A stretch of 64,000 bases of DNA from a virus. Location: the IMG/VR virus record IMGVR_UViG_3300030060_007423, positions 96,001 through 160,000 of that record; one strand, 5' to 3'. Below the pieces are notes generated by a model, which was not told where the DNA came from, did not search any database, and saw nothing but the letters and a program-made list of their open reading frames with translations. The translations under genes were made by a program, and so were the position numbers. Of this stretch, positions 10,117 through 19,763 are shown piece by piece (the first letter of the stretch is position 1; each line of letters starts with the position of its first letter).

Positions 10117-11456
10117 GTAAATTATTAAATGAAATTAAAAATATGATACACCAAGAATTGAATGAAATCAGAAAAGGTGATTATGTTGATTCAATGGGTG
10201 AAGTTGGATTAGTTAATAAGGTTAAAGGTCAAGTGGCATATGTTAAATTTCCATCAAAGCCAGGAAGCTTTCATCCTATATTGGCCTCATCTCTAAAAAA
10301 AGCTGGTAAACATAAAGGTAAAGACTTATATTCAGAAGGCAAATTAAATGAAAATGTTAGAATGCCAGCAAAGGATTGGATAAACATTAGATTAGTACAA
10401 ATGCTACTTAAATCTGGTGACTTAAAGAAATACAAATCAGTATTACAAAAAGCTCAAGGACAAGATGGCAAAAAAGCTATTGACATGATATATAAAAAAA
10501 TCGTATTACCTTTACATAAAGCTATGAAAATAGACCCAACTAAAGTAAAAGATTTACGAAGTTATATAGCTAAGTATGGTGAAGATAAATTTACAGATGC
10601 TTGGAATAAACTTTATAAACAGGGTGTAAGTGGAAGTTATCTCTATGCACTTGCAGGAACTATATTTCAAGGTATGGAAAGATATGATTATGTTTCAAAA
10701 CCACTTGGCTTAACAGAAGCATCTACACCATCATTACCTTCTGAAGTAAAAAGATACATGGAAAAGTTTTTATCAGCAATTAAAGGTGCAAATCTAAATC
10801 GCCAAAAACAAAAAGTTTTATTGGCTGGATTGATAGAGGCATTAGGAATAGACTCTGGTGAATTGATGATGTTAGTAAACAAAATCAAAAAAGGACTTAA
10901 GACTGAAGATAAAGAAGAACAAGATGAAGTTGGATTGCAAATGCCATTCGTAATGGTTTCTTCTGTAGATGAAGGCAAATTAAATGAAAGTATGATTGGT
11001 ATAAAAACTAAAGCAAACTTCAAACCTTTACAACTTAAAGGAGCATTGGAAAGAGCTGGAATTAAAGGTTTTCAGATGAATAGATTATCTGTGACTCTAA
11101 CAGCATTAAAATTAGATAAAAAATACTTTAAGAAAGCTAAAGAGATTGTTGATAAGTTAGGACTTTCTGTTATGATGGCAAAAGAATCTGTAAATGAAGC
11201 TACTAATCTTTGGAAACACTTCGATGCAAAGATGAAATTACAAGATACTATTATGGACCTTGAATATGATATGAAAATGATAACTAAAGATATAGCTCAA
11301 CTTCATAAAGATATGGAACAAGAGGCAGAACCAGAAGGCGGTCCTAAAGCTACTAGATATGGTAGAGACATCGAAAAGAAAGAAAAAGAATACAAAAAGA
11401 AAAAAGCTGAGTTCAAAAAACTTATGGCTAAATTGGATAGAATGGAACAATACTAA
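10113..11456 (+). CDS. Modular polyprotein with EGKLNE/ESVNE linkers
   Basis: Repeated LNE/LTE/VNE linkers separating unrelated segments. Confidence 0.65.
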   Translation: MSKLLNEIKNMIHQELNEIRKGDYVDSMGEVGLVNKVKGQVAYVKFPSKPGSFHPILASSLKKAGKHKGKDLYSEGKLNENVRMPAKDWINIRLVQMLLKSGDLKKYKSVLQKAQGQDGKKAIDMIYKKIVLPLHKAMKIDPTKVKDLRSYIAKYGEDKFTDAWNKLYKQGVSGSYLYALAGTIFQGMERYDYVSKPLGLTEASTPSLPSEVKRYMEKFLSAIKGANLNRQKQKVLLAGLIEALGIDSGELMMLVNKIKKGLKTEDKEEQDEVGLQMPFVMVSSVDEGKLNESMIGIKTKANFKPLQLKGALERAGIKGFQMNRLSVTLTALKLDKKYFKKAKEIVDKLGLSVMMAKESVNEATNLWKHFDAKMKLQDTIMDLEYDMKMITKDIAQLHKDMEQEAEPEGGPKATRYGRDIEKKEKEYKKKKAEFKKLMAKLDRMEQY

Positions 11457-12682
11457 TGATTAGTTTGGTTGACATAGTAAACCTTAATAAATTGGTGTAT
11501 TCAGAAGACATCAAAAAGAAACATTTGGATGTAATAAATAATCCATCTCCTCTTTTTGAAAAATTTGATTTAACACAATGGATGGGAACTCCTCCTCCAC
11601 AAAATGGTAGTAGAACAACATTTAAGGAAATACTTCAGATAGATAGTATTCCAATGGATAGTGAATTTATTCATAGTGGTGATAAAACTATAAAATATTT
11701 TGAAAATTGGTTTATTGAAAATACATGTGGATGTAATCATACATTTCCAAAAGCATATATAAATAAAATAAAAGATGCAACAAGACCTTTAATTCTAAAG
11801 TTAAAATATCATTATAATCGTCCAAGACCTATACAGGTTGCAGAAACACATGGATTAAAGTTTCATGAAGAACCATTGGAGAGTGCAAAAACTCCAGCAT
11901 ATCCAAGTGGACATGCAACACAAGGAATGTTAATAGCTATGGTTCTATCTGAAATGTACCCAGAACATACTGGTGAATTAATGAATTTAGGTACTGATGT
12001 TGCAAACTCAAGAATGGTTGCAAAGGTACATTATCCATCTGACACAAAATTTGGATGTGATTTAGCAAAAGCATTATTTAATCATATTAAACAAAATTCT
12101 AATATGAAAGAAAATATTGTAGAAAATAAAATTGTCAAAACCAAAAAACTTACCCTTAAGAATTTATTATCAGAAAATTATGATTTAGACAATCATCCAA
12201 AAAAGAAATGGATAAAGCAACAACTATCTTCAATAGATAAAAAAATAATGGAGTATTTGTTCAAACAGTACAAAGCAGTTTACTCGGCAGAAGGAATGGA
12301 CTTATCAGCGTTTAGTGCAAGTGAATTACAAAGTAGTTACCAAGTAGTAATGTTGATTGATGTTGACAAAGATCCTATGCCAGATGCATTTATATTTACA
12401 AGAGGTAATCGTGTAAAGTTATTAGCAACTGATGGACAAGGACCAAGTAAAAGTGCTGTAGTTAAAAAAGTTGTTAACATGGTAAAATCAGAAGGATACA
12501 ACTTAGAAGCTAGTAAAAAAATGAATGACATTATGATAGGTAAAGGCGCACCTGTTATAACTGATAAAAATAAAATTGAAAAAATGGTAGGACCAAAATT
12601 TATAAAACACCTTGACAATGGATATTATGAAAGAAAACTTAAAAAAGGTGGTAATGTTGTAAAAAGAATGTATGGGAAATAG
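11456..12682 (+). CDS. PAP2/vanadium-haloperoxidase-family phosphatase fused to a second module
   Basis: KxxxxRPRP, YPSGH and SRxxxxxHYPSD motifs; internal LTLKNLLSE. Confidence 0.8.
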   Translation: MISLVDIVNLNKLVYSEDIKKKHLDVINNPSPLFEKFDLTQWMGTPPPQNGSRTTFKEILQIDSIPMDSEFIHSGDKTIKYFENWFIENTCGCNHTFPKAYINKIKDATRPLILKLKYHYNRPRPIQVAETHGLKFHEEPLESAKTPAYPSGHATQGMLIAMVLSEMYPEHTGELMNLGTDVANSRMVAKVHYPSDTKFGCDLAKALFNHIKQNSNMKENIVENKIVKTKKLTLKNLLSENYDLDNHPKKKWIKQQLSSIDKKIMEYLFKQYKAVYSAEGMDLSAFSASELQSSYQVVMLIDVDKDPMPDAFIFTRGNRVKLLATDGQGPSKSAVVKKVVNMVKSEGYNLEASKKMNDIMIGKGAPVITDKNKIEKMVGPKFIKHLDNGYYERKLKKGGNVVKRMYGK

Positions 12683-12684
12683 AT

Positions 12685-13962
12685 ATGGCTAAAATAAAAA
12701 AAGGTAGTATTGTAATACCTAAAATCGGTGTACACAAAGGCGAAAAGCACACTGTAATTCATGACTTTGGAAATGGTACATATAATATACAACCAATGGG
12801 ATTTAGAAACAAATACCACTTAGGAGCAGCTGGTGCAAAGGCAAGTGACTTAAAATTGGTTAAAGAAGACAAAGACATTGGCCATCAAGATGATGAACCA
12901 AACATGTTAAAATCCACTGCATTGGAAATAATGGAGTATGGTAAAAAACTTATGGATAAGTTAGATAAGTATGATGATATGGAAGAAGAAGTTGATTTTC
13001 CTAATTGGTGGCAATCAAAGCTTATTATATCAAAAGAATATCTACAAAAAGCTTATCACTATCTAGATTCTGAAGAAAAAACTAAAGAAGATAAAGTAGA
13101 TGAATCAACAGAAACTGATGAGCTAAAAGTATTACTACGTGATTTAATACAGAAAGAAATGGAAGAAAGAGCCGTAGTATCTAAAATACCATCAGCTTAT
13201 GGATATGACGAAGATGTAGCAGGAATATCTGTTAATGGTTCAGATGTTGAAGAATCAACAAAAGAGTATGGTAAATCTCTCAAAAAAATAGCATTGGATA
13301 AACAATTAAAAATGTTATCTAAAAAAGATAAAGAAACATTGTTAAAAATTGCAAAACTAATGGGTAAAGAAAAACTCAAAGAAGTTATTGAAAAAGCCAA
13401 TAAATTAAATGAAGCAAACAAGTACCCAACAGTTTCAAACAAGTTTAAGAACGCATTAGACAGATTACCAGAAAAACATTTTCATAGAAAAGGTGTAAAG
13501 GCATTAATCAAAAAACTAAAAGAAAAAGACCCAGAAGCTGCAATGGCATATACAATGGCCGCATTTGGTTGGATGAAGAATATGAAAGAAGGGTTTGCTA
13601 GTTATGCACAGCAAAAAGCAGCATACGCTAGTGGATACAAAGGCAAAGGAAAGAAAAAAAGAAAAAAAGAATCTATGGCTAGTCACCCAGTTGTTAAACA
13701 AGGATTTGCAATAGGTAAAGCTAGTACTGTTGGTGGTGAGGAAATGTCATCTGCATCTGGAATATCTGATAGTGATGAAGACCCAACAGATAATCATTCT
13801 AAAAAAGTTAAAGAAATTGTAAAAGCTGAACTTAAAAAGGCAGGTCTTGAAGATGATTATAATATTTTAGATGTAATCACATCCTTAGGTTTAGAAAATA
13901 CAAATGAGTCAAAATTTATTAAAGTAGTTAGGGAAGAAATAAATAAACAGTTGGAGTTGTAA
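12685..13962 (+). CDS. Modular acidic/basic polyprotein
   Basis: Multiple VKE/LNE/VEE linkers. Confidence 0.6.
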   Translation: MAKIKKGSIVIPKIGVHKGEKHTVIHDFGNGTYNIQPMGFRNKYHLGAAGAKASDLKLVKEDKDIGHQDDEPNMLKSTALEIMEYGKKLMDKLDKYDDMEEEVDFPNWWQSKLIISKEYLQKAYHYLDSEEKTKEDKVDESTETDELKVLLRDLIQKEMEERAVVSKIPSAYGYDEDVAGISVNGSDVEESTKEYGKSLKKIALDKQLKMLSKKDKETLLKIAKLMGKEKLKEVIEKANKLNEANKYPTVSNKFKNALDRLPEKHFHRKGVKALIKKLKEKDPEAAMAYTMAAFGWMKNMKEGFASYAQQKAAYASGYKGKGKKKRKKESMASHPVVKQGFAIGKASTVGGEEMSSASGISDSDEDPTDNHSKKVKEIVKAELKKAGLEDDYNILDVITSLGLENTNESKFIKVVREEINKQLEL

Positions 13963-14684
13963 TGGTTTTAAGAATGACATTTAGTGGTAGCCAGCAAATC
14001 ATTGAAGAAGTCTGTGAACATTGTGGTGAAAAGATTGAAGATGTACAACACAGTGAAATAATAGTACAGAAAGATACTGACAAGCGAAGATTGAGAATGC
14101 AGGATAGGGATGGACAGAGAAGAGAACTATTTAAGAAGGCAGATAAAATTGCAGGTATAAAGGCATCAGCATCTGCACAAGGAATGTATGATAGAGCTAT
14201 TGATGGAGATGACTTAAAGTATAGTGTACGTGCAGAAAGAATGTGTAGTTCAAGTGATGGCACAACTACTCAATTTTGTTATAGGGTTACAAATCCAAAA
14301 TTTTTAGCAAAGACTAAGGCAGATGGAACAAGTCTTAGTGCTAGTTTTTTTGATCCAAATGAACCATTAATAAACGAAACCGGTTCAAAGGTTGGATTAG
14401 ATAGGCGAGGAAATGTTGTTAGATTAAAAGAGGAAACTAAAGAAGGTGGTAGTAGAAGACAAAAGGGAGCCTTTGGAGTTACTTGGTTTGCAAATTTAGA
14501 TGCTAGGCGACAAAAAACTGTGTTGGAACAATATCGTGGTTGTAGCTACATGTTAAGATTAGGTGCACAACAAGCAAGTGCTGAAGATGTCCCAGGATTT
14601 CAAAAAGGTGAAATGGGTGAAGGATTGGCAACATTTAGATCTTTAGAAGAATTTAAGTTAGCACACAGTAGATACTGTAGTTAA
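13962..14684 (+). CDS. Hypothetical protein
   Basis: 240-aa ORF; carries FSGS, ASAS, LSAS and ETGS motifs. Confidence 0.6.
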   Translation: MVLRMTFSGSQQIIEEVCEHCGEKIEDVQHSEIIVQKDTDKRRLRMQDRDGQRRELFKKADKIAGIKASASAQGMYDRAIDGDDLKYSVRAERMCSSSDGTTTQFCYRVTNPKFLAKTKADGTSLSASFFDPNEPLINETGSKVGLDRRGNVVRLKEETKEGGSRRQKGAFGVTWFANLDARRQKTVLEQYRGCSYMLRLGAQQASAEDVPGFQKGEMGEGLATFRSLEEFKLAHSRYCS

Positions 14685-14696
14685 GAGGAAATAATT

Positions 14697-15029
14697 ATGG
14701 AAAAAATATTATATAGAAATGAAAATTTAAGACTTGAAATATACGAGACGGCTGAACCTATATTGTTTACTGAGGCTGAATATCAAGGTCGTAAAGTTAA
14801 ACTTAACAAGATAATGCAAGGTGATGCAAAAAAGTTTAAGGTATATGTTAAAAATCCAAAGGGAAATGTTGTTAAAGTAAACTTTGGACAAGGTGGTGAT
14901 GCTAAAGGTGGAACTATGCGTATAAGAAAAAATAACCCAAAGGCCCGTAAAAACTTTAGGGCTAGATTTAATTGTGATACACCAGGACCTAAACACAAAG
15001 CAAGGTACTGGGCATGTAGAACTTGGTAG
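14697..15029 (+). CDS. Basic phage protein (KVNFG...FRARFNC...ARYWAC family)
   Basis: Resembles a motif I associate with large-phage proteins; LFTE site. Confidence 0.6.
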   Translation: MEKILYRNENLRLEIYETAEPILFTEAEYQGRKVKLNKIMQGDAKKFKVYVKNPKGNVVKVNFGQGGDAKGGTMRIRKNNPKARKNFRARFNCDTPGPKHKARYWACRTW

Positions 15030-15038
15030 GAAATTATT

Positions 15039-15734
15039 ATGATAAAACAAACATTAAAAATAATTGAAAGAATTGGTTCAACTACATGGTCTGGGTATAC
15101 AGAAAAAGGTCGCTCATTAGACAATACTGTAGGTGGACAGCCAGCTGGCAAATCTCTTAAGAGACGTGTTGCAGATAATACAGTACCTGACCATGATGGA
15201 AAATCTGCACCGTATGGTTCAGCATATAAAAAAGTAAAAGACTTAGATGAGATGAGTGCAACTGCCAAAAAACATGGTAAGTTTGGTCTTACAAATGTAC
15301 CATTTCCAACTGAAGAACCAAATGAGTTTGCATATTTAGATTTTGTAAAGTATGTTAAGAAAAATGAAAAGAAAATCATGAAAGCATTATCAAATGTTAG
15401 AGGTGAAAGAATGTTTAAGGCAATTGAATCTGTATGGTCTAACTGGGATGATAAAGCAAATAAAGGAGCTTTTTCAAATATTCGTGGTAATAAGTTTGGT
15501 AGAGCATTAGTCTTAATGTTAAGAAAAGACGATTTAGTTTTTCAAAATACTGGAAACAAAATAACTAATCTAAAAGAAAAATATAATATTAGAAAGCAAT
15601 CTTGTACACAATCTGATGGAGACAAAGGAAATACAGTTTTATATTATACAACTAAAAAGGGTAAAAAACGTAGTAATTGTCATACATCAAAAAAGAATGC
15701 AAAAGACCAGATTGCAGCAATAGAGGGACCATAA
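15039..15734 (+). CDS. Putative head cargo polyprotein
   Basis: MIKQTLKIIE; LDE and LKE linkers. Confidence 0.6.
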   Translation: MIKQTLKIIERIGSTTWSGYTEKGRSLDNTVGGQPAGKSLKRRVADNTVPDHDGKSAPYGSAYKKVKDLDEMSATAKKHGKFGLTNVPFPTEEPNEFAYLDFVKYVKKNEKKIMKALSNVRGERMFKAIESVWSNWDDKANKGAFSNIRGNKFGRALVLMLRKDDLVFQNTGNKITNLKEKYNIRKQSCTQSDGDKGNTVLYYTTKKGKKRSNCHTSKKNAKDQIAAIEGP

Positions 15735-15736
15735 TC

Positions 15737-16273
15737 ATGATAAAGAAAACATTACAACTTTTTGAAGATAAAAAATCATCCAGTGCAGATCCAAAAAAAT
15801 CACCAGAATATTACAAAGGACTTTCTGCAAAAGAAAAGAAAGAAAGATCAAATGTAATTGCACGTAGAAGTAAAATGGACGATGATGACCCAGAAGCATA
15901 TGCAAAATTTAGAAGTGATGCTGGTGAAAAAACTAAACCATCAAAGCATACTAATAAATTCAAACAAATGTTTGGTGAAGAAAAGTGGAATACTCTTAAA
16001 GAAGTATATGAAATGGCAAAAGGCCTAAATGAAATGAGTGCTGCTGTAAAAAAAGCATTAAAGAAAAAAGCTGATAAATCTGGAATGCCTTTAGGTGTAC
16101 TAAAGCAAGTATTTAACAGAGGAATGGCTGCATGGAAAACTGGACATAGACCTGGTGCAAGTCAACAACAGTGGGGATATGCAAGAGTAAATAGTTTTGC
16201 AACAAAAAGTCCAGGTACTTGGGGTAAAGCAGATAAAGATTTAGCTAAAAAGGTTAGAGGAAAAAAGAAATAG
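15737..16273 (+). CDS. DUF5824-like basic protein, putative head cargo
   Basis: Start re-set to MIKKTLQLFE; KTKPSKHT; RGMAAWKTGHRPG..QQWGYARVNSF. Confidence 0.65.
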   Translation: MIKKTLQLFEDKKSSSADPKKSPEYYKGLSAKEKKERSNVIARRSKMDDDDPEAYAKFRSDAGEKTKPSKHTNKFKQMFGEEKWNTLKEVYEMAKGLNEMSAAVKKALKKKADKSGMPLGVLKQVFNRGMAAWKTGHRPGASQQQWGYARVNSFATKSPGTWGKADKDLAKKVRGKKK

Positions 16274-16965
16274 TGATTAGCCTTAAACAAATATTAGAAG
16301 GTAGCAGTAATACTTCAACATACACAGCCGATAGTGGTGAACCTGATACAGGATTTTTACCAGGTGGAAAGGCAAGACGTCTTGGTATGAGAAAGGGTAA
16401 ACCTGAACCTTGGTTTGAAAATGGAGGATACACACAGGTTGATTTTCCTAAAGGTGATTACATATATGGAAAAAGAACACGAGCCGAATTTAGTGTAAAG
16501 AAACGAAACGTTAGAATGGTTGTAAAATTAAAAGAATCAAATAAACCATTGAACGAAAGATTTATTGTTGAATCATCAAAATCTGAAATTATGGATGTAG
16601 TCAATACAGTATATCCATATATAGTAAAAGATTTAGGTGGAAGAGCCGTAAAGGTTGAAGTACACAACAATATTTACAAAAGACTTGGTGCTGTTGGTGA
16701 AGAAGATTTAATGGTTGATAACAATCCTTATGGTGAATATGATTGGGATAAAAGAAAGATATATCTATACGCATCAGCAATAAAGAATACTGAACAAATA
16801 ATTAGGTCATTACTACATGAACATACCCATACATTACAGAGTAGAAAAAAGTTCAAAGCTGGATATGATAGTGGAAAATATGATTACAAAACTCATCCAT
16901 ATGAAAAAGCTGCAACACAAGCTGAAAGAAATTGGAAAAAATATTTGAAGTACCTAAATGATTAA
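16273..16965 (+). CDS. Zincin-like metallopeptidase, putative head cargo
   Basis: GTG start MISLKQILE; LLHEHTHxLQ...PYEKAA. Confidence 0.7.
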   Translation: MISLKQILEGSSNTSTYTADSGEPDTGFLPGGKARRLGMRKGKPEPWFENGGYTQVDFPKGDYIYGKRTRAEFSVKKRNVRMVVKLKESNKPLNERFIVESSKSEIMDVVNTVYPYIVKDLGGRAVKVEVHNNIYKRLGAVGEEDLMVDNNPYGEYDWDKRKIYLYASAIKNTEQIIRSLLHEHTHTLQSRKKFKAGYDSGKYDYKTHPYEKAATQAERNWKKYLKYLND

Positions 16966-17479
16966 ACTAAAAGACATATTACATGAAGGTATTACTCTCA
17001 GTATATTTGACTTTGATGATACATTGGCAAAAACTGATAGTTGGATATATGTTATTAAAAATGGACGAGAAGTAAAAAGATTAGACCCGGCACAATTTGC
17101 AACTTATACTCCAAAGGTTGGTGAAACATTTGATTTTAAGGATTTTGATAAAAAACTAAAAAACCCTAAAATCATAAAGAAAAACGTTGATTTATTACGT
17201 AAACAACTAAGTAAAGGTGGCAGGAAAGTGACTATATTAACTGCCAGAAGACTTGGTGCACCCATAAATTCTTTTTTCAAAACTCTAGGTATTCAGCCAT
17301 ACATTGTACCATTAGGTGATGCAAATCCACAAAAGAAAGCAGATTATATAGAAAAGCAAATAAGAAAAGGAAAGTATAATCCTATATACTTTATGGATGA
17401 TAGTCCAAAGAATATCAGAGCAGTTGACTCACTAAAAAAGAAATATCCTAGAATCAAACTAATAACCAAGCTTGTATGA
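16958..17479 (+). CDS. HAD-family phosphatase, putative head cargo
   Basis: MIKLKDILHE; FDFDDTL, ILTAR, K and FMDD motifs. Confidence 0.8.
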   Translation: MIKLKDILHEGITLSIFDFDDTLAKTDSWIYVIKNGREVKRLDPAQFATYTPKVGETFDFKDFDKKLKNPKIIKKNVDLLRKQLSKGGRKVTILTARRLGAPINSFFKTLGIQPYIVPLGDANPQKKADYIEKQIRKGKYNPIYFMDDSPKNIRAVDSLKKKYPRIKLITKLV

Positions 17480-17482
17480 TAA

Positions 17483-17851
17483 ATGTCAGATATAAAAATC
17501 ATAAAACTAGACACTCATGCTCAAGGCCTTATTGGTTGGATTGCAGTACAGAATGACCACACTTTAGGGCATATATTCATGTCCGTTGAACTCGAAATGA
17601 AAATAAAGTTTTTAGATGCTTGGGTACATGAGGAGCATAGGAGAAAAGGTATATTCAGAAAATTGTGGAATACCAGGTGGTCATTTGTTCAAGAAAATTA
17701 TAATGGCTATAAAGTATACGCATGGGCATTACCAAAAAGTTTGCCACTCCTATTAGAAAAGGGCTTTATAGAGGGTGACACTTGTGTATATGTTGAAAGG
17801 CAAGTTGAAGACTTGAAGCCTCCTGGAGAGCAATGTTTTGTCTCTTGTTAA
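17483..17851 (+). CDS. GNAT acetyltransferase
   Basis: WVHEEHRRKGIFRKL acetyl-CoA motif. Confidence 0.75.
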   Translation: MSDIKIIKLDTHAQGLIGWIAVQNDHTLGHIFMSVELEMKIKFLDAWVHEEHRRKGIFRKLWNTRWSFVQENYNGYKVYAWALPKSLPLLLEKGFIEGDTCVYVERQVEDLKPPGEQCFVSC

Positions 17852-17958
17852 AGAAAAATTAAGAAATAGCATAATAAAGTGTATAAATGCTATTAGCATA
17901 GCTTAAATAAATCTCCATATTTTACTTTATATTAGTTGAATTTTATATTTATTAGTAT

Positions 17959-18204
17959 ATGAAAGTAATAACTCATAGATTCAAAAGAAGTGTAGCGGAT
18001 GATAGTGATATTGTCTACTTAGTAAATTTAGTAGATTTCACTGGCAGACCGCTTGAAAGTTATATTGCAGAAACAACAGAAGAAAGAAATAATAAGTCAA
18101 ATAGTTTATTAAAAAGACATAATGTCAATGTTGTACAACACAATCAAGGTTTTAGTATTAGGACAGAAAATTCTACAGAGATTGTAGATAATGTTACTAT
18201 CTAA
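17959..18204 (+). CDS. Hypothetical protein
   Basis: ORF directly after ATATTTAT motif. Confidence 0.55.
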   Translation: MKVITHRFKRSVADDSDIVYLVNLVDFTGRPLESYIAETTEERNNKSNSLLKRHNVNVVQHNQGFSIRTENSTEIVDNVTI

Positions 18205-18339
18205 ATAATCAATATTTTATGGTATAAAATTTTTTTAATTCAAGATTTTTAGTTATATTTATAACTTAAAGAAATAACTCCACTATTAGGAGCTATGCAT
18301 ACAATTTAGAATAGAGGTTAGAAAAAAAGAGGAAAATAC

Positions 18340-18753
18340 ATGAGAAATTTAATTTTAACAATTGCTTTAGTATGTGGATTAGTTTTCACATCACAAGCAC
18401 AAAACGCTAAAGGCGACTGGTATGTTGGAACTGGTGATATTGCTAATATCGCTTGGACTGACTGGGCAATAAACCCAACAATTGGATATGCAGTACATGA
18501 CAACCTTATGGTTGGCGCATCTGTATCACAAGCAAATGAAGAAGCTGATTTAGATATGGATTTCCACGCTAGATATTTCTGGAACGGATATTTCGGATAT
18601 GTAGCGACTGATGGACTTAGCACTGATGGCATGCTATTAGGTGCTGGTAAAATGTTTACACTACGAAAAGGTGTCTATGTAGACCCTAAAGTAGTATATA
18701 ACTCAGGAGATAAGACAACGAACCTACAGTTAGGTTTCGGTCTTACATTTTAA
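18340..18753 (+). CDS. Small outer-membrane beta-barrel protein (Bacteroidota type)
   Basis: Signal peptide; AQNAKGDWYVG; C-terminal LGFGLTF. Confidence 0.75.
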   Translation: MRNLILTIALVCGLVFTSQAQNAKGDWYVGTGDIANIAWTDWAINPTIGYAVHDNLMVGASVSQANEEADLDMDFHARYFWNGYFGYVATDGLSTDGMLLGAGKMFTLRKGVYVDPKVVYNSGDKTTNLQLGFGLTF

Positions 18754-18814
18754 TTATTAATTAAACCCTCTAATCTAAATTATTTTATTAACATTAACAA
18801 AGAAGGAGAAAACA

Positions 18815-19039
18815 ATGGATTCAGTAATTAAATACGTAACAGGTTTTTTTGGTGGATTGTTATCAATTATGATGGCAGTTTTACCAGTTACTATCGTTTG
18901 GCAAGTATTGACAGGCGGAAATGTATTTGGAATGGATGTTGTTGCTAATTTATCTGCTCTTGTAGAATCACTAGGTAATGGTGGTTTTGTAGGACTAGTA
19001 GTATTGGTAATAATTGCGTCATTCTTTACTAAGAAATAG
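18815..19039 (+). CDS. Small membrane protein
   Basis: Two hydrophobic helices; AAGGAG SD. Confidence 0.65.
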   Translation: MDSVIKYVTGFFGGLLSIMMAVLPVTIVWQVLTGGNVFGMDVVANLSALVESLGNGGFVGLVVLVIIASFFTKK

Positions 19040-19062
19040 TTTTATTTGATAATAATCTAGTT

Positions 19063-19099
19063 AAACGGCTCTGAAGAAATTTGGAGCCGTTTTATTTTT
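19063..19099 (+). terminator. Intrinsic terminator
   Basis: AAACGGCTC/GAGCCGTTT stem followed by T-rich tract. Confidence 0.8.
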
Positions 19100-19128
19100 A
19101 TTTGTCAATTATTTTTGTTATATTTATT
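19096..19128 (+). promoter_or_regulatory. Bacteroidota sigma70-like promoter
   Basis: TTTGTCAA...GTTATATTTA; near-identical architecture at ~43180 and ~62470. Confidence 0.6.
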
Positions 19129-19544
19129 AAAAAGAAAATCAAACTATGGAAACAATAGCAATTATTTTATTTGGAGCAGCTTGCTTCGCAATGGGAATGT
19201 ATGTAACTACTCAGATAAGTTCATGGATAGACAGTAGGATACAACATAAAAAGTTTATGAAAAACTTGGAAAACTTTGATAAAGACAAAGATGGAAATAA
19301 AAGCGTTTAATAAAGGATTAAAGGTTATAAGTAGTTGTAAGAATTATTCTCAAATTAGAGGAGCTTATAATTATGTACATAACTATAGAATCTTGTTTGG
19401 TAAAACAAAATTATGGAAAGACCTCTATAATTTTTGTGGTAGAAAACGAGAAATGTTAGGAGACTATGATGGAAGATAAGTATTGGGTAACAACAACTAC
19501 AGCTGGTGATTACGAAGTTGTATATCATATAGTGGAGAATTAAT

Positions 19545-19763
19545 ATGGGATTTCATAAAAGATATATTAGTAATGACCAAATAATGAAAATGTATACCAA
19601 TGATGGAATGCAAAAGGTTTATGATTGGTATACAAAAGGTGTTGACGCATTAATTACAGAGACGGGCCTTGCATCAGATGTTGGAGATTTAATAGGAACA
19701 AATGATGACTGGAATAAAATGTCAATATTAATATCAACAGCTGCAATTAAACAGGCAAAGTAA
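19545..19763 (+). CDS. Hypothetical protein
   Basis: ORF in operon. Confidence 0.55.
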   Translation: MGFHKRYISNDQIMKMYTNDGMQKVYDWYTKGVDALITETGLASDVGDLIGTNDDWNKMSILISTAAIKQAK

